The translations under genes and the position numbers were made by a program. The notes under the pieces were generated by a model. It saw only the letters and a list, made by a program, of their open reading frames with translations. It ran no database searches and was not told the origin of the DNA. DNA of 64,000 nucleotides, taken from positions 17,488-81,487 of the forward strand of contig PLND01000034.1 of assembly GCA_003141675.1 (NCBI GenBank), read 5' to 3'. This DNA is from Anaerolineae bacterium (lineage in GTDB: Bacteria > Chloroflexota > Anaerolineae > Anaerolineales > RBG-16-64-43). Positions within the stretch are counted from its first letter, which is position 1. Every line of letters begins with the position of its first letter. Shown in pieces: positions 36,609 to 43,906 of this stretch.

Positions 36609-39600
36609 GTGAAGGGTACTTTACTCCCCCCGAGACAACAGGCGCGGTTTTTTCCTCCCAAACCCCTCGAAGGAGAATTGGAGCGGTTCCGGCTGCTGGA
36701 AGCCATTCAAACCAACATTTTTCGAAAAATTACTCTCCTGTGCGCCGCGCCCGGCTACGGAAAGACGACCTTGGCCGGCCAATTTGCCCGGTCAGCGGAT
36801 TTTCCCGTTCCCTGGCTGCAATTGGAGGAAAGCGACCGCGACGCCGCTATATTTTGCGAAAATCTCCTGACAGCATTTCAATTCGCTATAAAAGATTGGG
36901 AAAGTCCATCCTCCGCTTTCATCGGGATGCCCACCGCTGCAGAGAAACCCGATGCGCTCGGATCGGCTTTGGCCGGCGCCTTGGACCGGGTGCTCTCTGA
37001 TTTTACGGTTTTGGTAATCGACGATTTCCACCTGATCGAAGATTCCGCGCCGGTCCTGGAATTGATGAACGCGTTCCTCCGTGAACTTCCGCCCGCTTTG
37101 CATCTGCTCCTGATTAGCCGGCATGTTCCCGCCCTGCGGATTACGCCGCTCGTCGCCCTGCAACAAGCGGCCGGTTTCAGTGAAGAGCATTTACGGTTCA
37201 CCCCCGCCGAAACACAGGAATTGTTTATAGTCCGCAACCACATATCGCTTCCCAAGGCGGAAGCGGAGACGCTGGCGGCTTCCAACGAGGGATGGGTGAC
37301 CGGAATCCTTCTCAGCAGTCATTTGTTGTGGAAGGGTCTCCCCCTCGGCGGGGGGATTGCCGGACGGGACCAGGTGTATCACTTCCTGGCCAGTGAAGTT
37401 CTGGAACAGCAGCCCGATCTTCTCCGCCGTTTCATGCTGGAAGCTTCGGTATTGCATGAAATGGATCCGTTCGTGTGCGATTTTGTTTTGGAACGCAAGG
37501 ACAGCCGTTCGATGCTTGGCGAGCTGGATTCGCGCCGGTTGTTCGTGGTTACTTCAGATCAGGAGCAACCGACATACCGTTTCCATAATCTCTTTCAGGA
37601 CTTCCTGCGAATCACGCATCAAGAGCGGGAACCCTCGAGGCACAAGATCCTGTTGGAGAGATCCGCCGAATGGAACATTAATAACGGATTTCCCGAGGTG
37701 GCTTTTTCCTATCTTATCCAGGCGGAGAATTATTCCCTAGCGGCCAAATTGGCCGAAGAGAATGTTCTGAAATATTATGAGTCTGGCCGTTTTCAAACCT
37801 TGCAGGATTGGGCCCGGTCTTTGTATCCGGTCCGTCTCGAAGTACCGACGCTTTTTGGGTGCGCGGGCATGTCGTACGCGACTTCCGGAGACTATACGCG
37901 GGCCGCGGAATATTTGGATATCGCCGGGTTGGGACTGGAACGGTCGCAAAATCCATCACGTCTCCACAGCCTGCAGGCGAGCCGGGCGTGGCTGGCGTAC
38001 TGCAAAGGGGATTATCCGACGGGGTTAACCCTGGCCGAGGATCTGCTTCGGCGGGGAAAAGCGGGCGGGGTGGAGGTTGCGGTTCTCCGCATGGCGGCAT
38101 CCCACGCCGGGCTTTGCGTCGATGCGATGGGAAGAACCCGCGAGGCGGTTAAGTATTATCGGCAGGCATTGGCTTTGTTCCCTGACGGCGATCGGAGCTA
38201 CGACAAAACGCGCGCGCTTACCCTTCTGGCCAACGCGTTGCACACGTCGGGGGAGACAGCGGAAGCCTACGTCTTGCAACGGCGCGCACTCGGTCTGTGG
38301 AAGGATTTGGGATTCCCGGGGCCGATCGCCATTGCATTGAATAATCTTGCCTATAACCAGCATTCGATGGGTCAGTTGGAAGAATCGGAAGCAGCCTATA
38401 ACGAGGCATTGGAATGGTCGCGGAAATCCGGCGATAAGCATTCGCAATTGCTGATTTTTACCGGGTTGGGCGATTTGGCAAAAGACCGAGCCGAATTCGC
38501 CAAAGCGGCCGGTTTTTACTCGGCGGCCGACAGGCTCGCCGAAGAATCCGACGACCTGATGATGTTGGGGTATGTTTACCGGGCCAGAGCCGATCTCAAC
38601 CGGAAGTTGAAAAATTTTCCCGCCGCAATGGAATGGGTACGGAGGGCGGGGGAACTGGTGGAACAAAATACCCCGGCGGTCGAGGCGGGCGACCAAGCGT
38701 TCTGCGGCGCGGTGTTGGAGGAAATGGGGAACCGGAATGAGGCGGTCTGCTGTTTGGGGCTGGCCGTGGAGATTCTGGAAAGGGAAGCCGCCCCCGCGGG
38801 GGAAACGGCCAGAGCGCGGTTTCTTCTGGCGCGCTCTTTGTTTCGATCGGGATTAGTCACCGATGCGGAAAGCTCGTTGCGGGCGGCATTCGATCTGGCG
38901 TATGGCTGCGGATCAGACCAGACACTGGTACAGGAAGCGCCGGGGGCTGCCGATCTATTGGAGGGATTCCTCACCCATGCAACCATGGGCGGTTTGTGCG
39001 GTTCCCTATTGGACCGTGCAAAGCGACAAACCGCGCGGGAGAACCTGGAAACCGCGGAAAACAACCCGACCGAAATGATAAAACTATCGGTTAGGGCTCT
39101 GGGCTCGCTTGAAATTCTCTGGTTGGGGAAAGAGATTCAACGATCGGCCTGGGTTTCCCAAAAATCGAAAGAAGTTTTCCTCTTTCTTGTGGATCGGGCT
39201 CCCGTGGACAGAGATGAGCTCTTAACGACCTTCTGGCCGGAGATGCCTTCCGGGCGCGCGCAGGCGAACCTCTACCAGACCCTATACCGTATACGCCGGG
39301 CGGTTGGAACGGACATTCTAGTGTTAAAAAATATGATTTGTCGTTTCGCGGAAAACATGTCGCTGGATTACGACGTCGCATCCTTTGAGAAAGCGGCACG
39401 GCAAGCCTTGGCCGTCCCGATTACCGACCCCCAGCGGCTGTCCAAATTTGAAAAAACCACCGAGCTTTTCCAGGGCGAGTATCTGAAAGATGTTCCCGTC
39501 GGTTGGGCTGGACAGCGGCGAGAGGAGATCAATCAGATATTTCTCACCCTCGTTCGCGAACAGGCGGATGAGTATTATTCCCTCTGCCGGTATGAAGAAG

Positions 39601-39803
39601 GACGTACCATTGTCATGCGCGGACTGACGCTCGACCCGTATCGGGATGAACTCCACCAACGGATGCTGCGAATTCTGGCAGCGCTGGGAAGAAAACACGA
39701 AGTTGTGGATCATTATCAGAAATATGTCATCCTTTTAAGGAAGGATCTGGGGTTGGATCCGCCCGCGGATACCCGTTCCCTGTACGCCAGCCTTATTGTT
39801 TAA
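36609..39803 (+). CDS. large STAND-ATPase / TPR / C-terminal SARP (wHTH + BTAD) transcriptional regulator
   Basis: 1064 aa. Walker A (LCAAPGYGKTTL) and Walker B (VLVIDDFH), then a long TPR-like helical region. The C-terminus reads LSVRALGSLEILWLGKEI...SQKSKEVFLFLV...LYRIRRAVG followed by a BTAD-like DPYRDELHQRMLRILAALGR. GTG start. Confidence 0.8.
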   Translation: MKGTLLPPRQQARFFPPKPLEGELERFRLLEAIQTNIFRKITLLCAAPGYGKTTLAGQFARSADFPVPWLQLEESDRDAAIFCENLLTAFQFAIKDWESPSSAFIGMPTAAEKPDALGSALAGALDRVLSDFTVLVIDDFHLIEDSAPVLELMNAFLRELPPALHLLLISRHVPALRITPLVALQQAAGFSEEHLRFTPAETQELFIVRNHISLPKAEAETLAASNEGWVTGILLSSHLLWKGLPLGGGIAGRDQVYHFLASEVLEQQPDLLRRFMLEASVLHEMDPFVCDFVLERKDSRSMLGELDSRRLFVVTSDQEQPTYRFHNLFQDFLRITHQEREPSRHKILLERSAEWNINNGFPEVAFSYLIQAENYSLAAKLAEENVLKYYESGRFQTLQDWARSLYPVRLEVPTLFGCAGMSYATSGDYTRAAEYLDIAGLGLERSQNPSRLHSLQASRAWLAYCKGDYPTGLTLAEDLLRRGKAGGVEVAVLRMAASHAGLCVDAMGRTREAVKYYRQALALFPDGDRSYDKTRALTLLANALHTSGETAEAYVLQRRALGLWKDLGFPGPIAIALNNLAYNQHSMGQLEESEAAYNEALEWSRKSGDKHSQLLIFTGLGDLAKDRAEFAKAAGFYSAADRLAEESDDLMMLGYVYRARADLNRKLKNFPAAMEWVRRAGELVEQNTPAVEAGDQAFCGAVLEEMGNRNEAVCCLGLAVEILEREAAPAGETARARFLLARSLFRSGLVTDAESSLRAAFDLAYGCGSDQTLVQEAPGAADLLEGFLTHATMGGLCGSLLDRAKRQTARENLETAENNPTEMIKLSVRALGSLEILWLGKEIQRSAWVSQKSKEVFLFLVDRAPVDRDELLTTFWPEMPSGRAQANLYQTLYRIRRAVGTDILVLKNMICRFAENMSLDYDVASFEKAARQALAVPITDPQRLSKFEKTTELFQGEYLKDVPVGWAGQRREEINQIFLTLVREQADEYYSLCRYEEGRTIVMRGLTLDPYRDELHQRMLRILAALGRKHEVVDHYQKYVILLRKDLGLDPPADTRSLYASLIV

Positions 39804-39973
39804 TAATCACTATCAAGAAAATGGAAGGCGTTCCCAATCTCCTTCCCCGTGCCCCTAAAAACATTTCGAAGATAATTAACCATACTGGAAAGCGGGAAGG
39901 GTAGGGGTCGGCCATTCGATTTCTTTTATCCGTTGTGAAAGTGCGGCTCAAAACGAGCCCCACAGATTGACGA

Positions 39974-40007
39974 AAGAGAGGCGCCGGAGCGTCTCTCTTT
40001 TTATTTA
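39974..40007 (+). terminator. intrinsic terminator
   Basis: A 10-bp stem AAGAGAGGCG/CGTCTCTCTT (one G.U pair) with a 6-nt loop, followed by TTTATTT. It lies about 170 nt after the regulator stop. Confidence 0.6.
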
Positions 40008-40143
40008 ACACGGATGCATCCCGTCCCCAGAAAAAGTAAGCGGATTGAGATCTGAACCAAGGGCCTGTGAGGGGTTTGTTGAGGTGTAGCGCCTACCATG
40101 AAGTTGGAAGCCAGAGGGGCGTTATTTCTCAAAGGAGGCCACA

Positions 40144-40227
40144 ATGTTCCAGACTTTTTCCGCCGCGACAATCCGTTTTTCCTGCCCGCCGGGGGCCCCT
40201 CCTCCGGGAGGAGGTGGGTGGTCCTAA
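40144..40227 (+). CDS. hypothetical 27-aa peptide (MFQTFSAATIRFSCPPGAPPPGGGGWS)
   Basis: Strong AAGGAGG (40133-40139) with 4-nt spacing to ATG 40144; stop TAA 40225-40227. Too short for the ORF track. There is no homology evidence. Confidence 0.25.
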   Translation: MFQTFSAATIRFSCPPGAPPPGGGGWS

Positions 40228-40294
40228 CGAGGCTGCCCAAAGAGGATCCAAGCAGACGGGATGTTCTATTTCTTTTCCGAGGAGGTGTTAGGGG

Positions 40295-40582
40295 ATGAGT
40301 GAAGCCGCTATTCAACAGATTATCTGCCGGGCCGTGGTCAGCGAGCGGTTCCGCGATCGATTGCTTGGAGCGGATCGGGAGCAGGTCCTCCGCACTTCCA
40401 ATTTGGACCAACGGGAGCGGGAAGCGTTTATGGCAATTTCCGCCGCAACGATCGAGGAATTCGCCGCCGGTGTGGAGAGAGCAATCCGGGGTTGGAAGCG
40501 AGGGGCGAAGAGGAACCACTTCAGGGAGAGCCTCCCCATTCACCATCCGATATCGATCGACACACCCGGCCGTAAGGGCTGA
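40295..40582 (+). CDS. small protein with an NHLP/Nif11-clan leader-like N-terminal domain
   Basis: 95 aa. GAGGAGG lies 8 nt upstream of the ATG. The N-terminus IQQIICRAVVSERFRDRLLGADREQVLRTSNLDQREREAF follows the vigRA..D..FR..LL.dp..al..y.Lt.eE..al pattern of NHLP-clan peptides, as recalled from memory. Confidence 0.45.
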   Translation: MSEAAIQQIICRAVVSERFRDRLLGADREQVLRTSNLDQREREAFMAISAATIEEFAAGVERAIRGWKRGAKRNHFRESLPIHHPISIDTPGRKG

Positions 40583-40652
40583 CGAACCCCTCACCCGGAA
40601 AGAGGGTACGGGGGGGACATGGATGGTTTCTGATGGACCTTGAAACGGGACA

Positions 40653-40867
40653 ATGCTGATGAATGAACCCTTGCTTGAAAAAATGGGGGAGAACGGATCT
40701 GCAGGAACTGTGGATACATCGAACGCGAAGTCTATCGACTTTTCTGCCCGCGTTGTATGCAGCGCGATCGATTGAGTTCACTGGTTGCCGCGGCAGATAC
40801 TTATTGCGCCGCGCCATATTCAATGGATCCGACTCCGGTTAATCCCGTTCAAGGCGTTTCGATATAA
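40653..40867 (+). pseudogene. small CxxC...CxxC zinc-ribbon ORF split by a frame change at an A6 run
   Basis: ATG 40653 (MLMNEPLLEK...) runs into the A6 run at 40778? no: the A6 run is at 40678-40683. The -1 frame, open across 40679-40867 with no start codon, encodes ...ICRNCGYIEREVYRLFCPRCMQ... Confidence 0.3.
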
Positions 40868-41025
40868 ATGCCCGTCTATACGCCATCCCGCATTTCGGGT
40901 GCAGCAAAGGTGGGTGTGATCCTGTGGGAACGCCCCGAAAAAGAAGGATGGCAGTTCGTCCCTCAGGGCGCGTCACCAGGGGGTGGCGCGCCCGATCGTT
41001 TTTTTATACGATAACGGGCTCAATC

Positions 41026-41667
41026 ATGCAGGAAGAAAAAACCGCCTCTCACCTGTTTTCCGATCCGAGAAGGACTCCCGTGAAGTTAAATCCGGACAGG
41101 GAAGGTGCTTCTTTGTATCCGATTGCCGGTGTGGAAAAAAAGGATGGACCGGTCCAGAAGTTGCTGAAAGATTCCGCCATAGAGGAGTTGCAACTGCAGG
41201 TACAGAAACCGCAGCGTCTGACCGCCGTGGATCTCGGTGGGATCGTTACCCGGGGGGTGACGATGCTTTCGGCGATGTCCGCCGAACTTGGCGTGGTCCT
41301 GCGAATCCGCATTCGGAGTGATAGCGTTCCGGTTCAGGGGGATTTTGAAAAAATCCACCGGTCGATTATTGCGTTGATCATCCATCTCCTTACGATCTCC
41401 CAATCCCAAGCATGCGTCACCGTCATCGTGGAAAGCCGGATGCAAAACGGAAAGCGGGGGATGTCCGTCCGATTATCCGCCAACCGTGTGATCGGACCCT
41501 GGAAATCGGACTCGGGTGCGAATGATGATTTCGCCAATCCGGAGGAAGTAACAGCCTGCCGGCTTCTTCTGGAAAAGAACGGGGGGAGCCTGTCGGTTCA
41601 ACCGGAAGAGGAGGAGGGACAAGCCTTTTTGGTTTGGCTTCCTCTCAAAGGGCCCCGCGGGAGATAG
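41026..41667 (+). CDS. hypothetical protein with a degenerate histidine-kinase-like ATPase (HATPase_c) C-terminal domain
   Basis: The C-terminus LLLEKNGGSLSVQPEEEEGQAFLVWLPLK and the upstream VDLGGIV...VQGDFEKIHRSIIALIIHLL resemble an HK catalytic domain. The N and G1 boxes are not recognisable, and no DHp/His box is seen. Confidence 0.4.
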   Translation: MQEEKTASHLFSDPRRTPVKLNPDREGASLYPIAGVEKKDGPVQKLLKDSAIEELQLQVQKPQRLTAVDLGGIVTRGVTMLSAMSAELGVVLRIRIRSDSVPVQGDFEKIHRSIIALIIHLLTISQSQACVTVIVESRMQNGKRGMSVRLSANRVIGPWKSDSGANDDFANPEEVTACRLLLEKNGGSLSVQPEEEEGQAFLVWLPLKGPRGR

Positions 41668-42077
41668 TCCGCGGGGGAAATATTGTTCGACGTAAAGAGC
41701 TCATCATATTCATTGAGTGTCGGGCGAGTGAATAACGATGAAATTATTGCCGCCGCTCGGGTTTTTATAAAAATCCATTGCCGAAGTTGGTCGATTCCCA
41801 GATAAAAAAGCAGGTTACCCCTACCATTCAAATAGAGAGAGCGGGTTTCGCCCCATTTCCTTTGTGGTCCCGCCAACCGAAAACACTCCGATAATTACCG
41901 AACCAAGCGGAATGTCATTACTCGCGCTTTGAACACAAGTTCGTGAGAACATCGACCCCTAATCCCCAGTACGTGGAGGTGGCGACCTGCTTCTACCCTG
42001 GCGGGTAAAGCCGTGCAGGACGGTTTTGCACCAGTCGGTGTCTGTTATAAGAATTCCTTCTTAATAATAAAATGAGA

Positions 42078-42917
42078 CTATAGCGCCTGCTTTTCCCACG
42101 TTTCCCGCAACAAGATGGCATCCTGTTCCAGAATCGGGCTTTCGCAAAGGATCCGGCCCGCGCATCCGGAGTCTGCCAGTGCGCGCAGCAGTTGTCGATA
42201 GTTCAGATCGGCTTCCCGGAATGGAAGGTGCTTGCGTTCCCCCTTGGCGGTATATTCGATCCCGGAAAGATGGATGTGCATTTTGCGCAGCGCGTCTTCC
42301 CCCAGGACCGCCCGCATCGAACGCAGCGTCTCCATCCATTCTTCGTAACTATTGAGGCCGCCCGTCCGGGCGTGCAGGTGGGCGAAATCCACGCACGGCA
42401 ACACACCTTCCACTTCCTGCGAAAGGATGAGGATATCTTCCCACGAGCCGAGCAACGCGGATTTTCCCATCGCTTCCGGCCGAACCAGGACGGGATTGTG
42501 CTGTTTGCGGAGTTCCTTGACGCAGTCTTTTAATCGAGGAATGGCTTTCTTGAGCGCCTCTTTCGGTTCGCGGCCGAAGTAGGATCCGGGATGGATGACG
42601 ATATCCGTCGCGCCCGCCAAATGTCCAAACATGGCGGCATCCATGATGCGTTTGCGGCTCTTGGGCCATTCATCGGAATCGGCGTTGAGGTTGATGAAAT
42701 ACGGCGCGTGGACGCTCAAGGCCACGTTGCATCGCTCGGCTTCGGCGCGGATCAATTCGCACGTCGCCGGGGAGACTCTCACGGAACGAACCCAGGCCAA
42801 CTCCAGAGCGTCCAGGCCAAGGCTGGCGATCCGTTGAATACCGCCGACGGTGCCCCCGGGTTTGGGAGGGGTGGACAGCGGGCTGCCGACGGTGCCGAAA
42901 TGAAATCTCATATCCAT
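42078..42917 (-). CDS. xylose-isomerase-like TIM-barrel protein, endonuclease IV (Nfo)-like
   Basis: 279 aa. Motifs: LELAWV, SVHAPYFINL, VIHPGSY, VDFAHLHA. Confidence 0.7.
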   Translation of the reverse strand: MDMRFHFGTVGSPLSTPPKPGGTVGGIQRIASLGLDALELAWVRSVRVSPATCELIRAEAERCNVALSVHAPYFINLNADSDEWPKSRKRIMDAAMFGHLAGATDIVIHPGSYFGREPKEALKKAIPRLKDCVKELRKQHNPVLVRPEAMGKSALLGSWEDILILSQEVEGVLPCVDFAHLHARTGGLNSYEEWMETLRSMRAVLGEDALRKMHIHLSGIEYTAKGERKHLPFREADLNYRQLLRALADSGCAGRILCESPILEQDAILLRETWEKQAL

Positions 42918-43033
42918 GGATTGTCCCCTCCGCGGGAATGAGAATCCTTTTTATCCAATAGAAGCGTTGCCATACTGAACACGGTCCGGGAGTCGAAGGT
43001 TGTGGGGATATGTATTTTGGAATCCAACCCAGG

Positions 43034-43411
43034 TCACCAACCCAGCTTGGAGACCAGCGCCGGTCCGAGAATGAGGACACCCACCAGGATGGCGGTGATT
43101 GCGGCGATTACGACCACCGCTGCTTTGACGTCCTTGGCAATTTTCGCCAGGGGATGATAGGTCTCGCAGGCCAAATCCACCGCGCTTTCAATGGCCGTGT
43201 TGGAAAGCTCGGCCATCCATACCATGCCCATTGCGAGAATAAGCAGACACCACTGTTCGACGCCCACTCCCAGCCAAAATCCGGCCAGGATCACGAGCAA
43301 TGTTGCGAGAAGGTGGATTTGGGCGTTGCGCTGGGTTCGCAGCGCATACCACAATCCGGAAAACGCGTTACGGAAAGAGGAAATCAGATTTGGGGATTTT
43401 ATCGGTTGCAT
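43034..43411 (-). CDS. dgkA: diacylglycerol/undecaprenol kinase
   Basis: 125 aa with 3 TM helices. Motifs: FRNAFSGLWYALRTQRNAQIHL, ELSNTAIESAVDL. Confidence 0.85.
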   Translation of the reverse strand: MQPIKSPNLISSFRNAFSGLWYALRTQRNAQIHLLATLLVILAGFWLGVGVEQWCLLILAMGMVWMAELSNTAIESAVDLACETYHPLAKIAKDVKAAVVVIAAITAILVGVLILGPALVSKLGW

Positions 43412-43417
43412 GGATTT

Positions 43418-43906
43418 TTAGAAAAGCAACTCCTTTAAAATTTTTCTTTGGGCCTGCCACATGTTTTTTTTGTGGAAGGGAGTGTCGTGATCATGCCCGA
43501 GCAAATGCAGGGTTCCATGGACGGCCAGCAATAGGATTTCCTGCTCCAAAGGAGCACGACGGGACCGGGCTTGCGCGGCAGCCCGCGGCAGGGAAATGGC
43601 GATCTCTCCCAAATGAACGATGCCCGTTTCCGGATCGATGGCCCGCGAACCGAACGAAAGAACATCCGTCGGTCGGCGAATGCCCCGGAAGCGCCCGTTC
43701 AGCGATTCCAGCGTTTCATCGGAACCCAGTAGCATTGAGACGGAGCAGGCTTTCCGGAAATCTTGCTGCTCCAGCGTGCGCCGGACCGCGCGCCGGACGG
43801 CGGAGAGCGAAACTTTCTGCGGAAGCTGCGGCTCACGGCGGATGCGGATGAACCGCCGCGGGTTAGCGCCCGGGAGGAGCGTTTTTACTTTGTTGTTTTT
43901 TTTCAT
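43418..43906 (-). CDS. ybeY: rRNA maturation endoribonuclease YbeY
   Basis: Zinc motif HGTLHLLGHDHD. ATG 43906 is preferred and overlaps the upstream gene's end by 44 nt. Confidence 0.88.
   Translation of the reverse strand: MKKNNKVKTLLPGANPRRFIRIRREPQLPQKVSLSAVRRAVRRTLEQQDFRKACSVSMLLGSDETLESLNGRFRGIRRPTDVLSFGSRAIDPETGIVHLGEIAISLPRAAAQARSRRAPLEQEILLLAVHGTLHLLGHDHDTPFHKKNMWQAQRKILKELLF

Noticed and set aside
40001-40594. 197-aa minus-strand ORF covering the small-peptide region, and the plus-strand ORFs 40067..40291, 40098..40298 and 40299..40643.
   Set aside because: They have no RBS, implausible composition, and conflict with the two plus-strand ORFs that have strong Shine-Dalgarno sequences. 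Confidence in anything in this region remains low.
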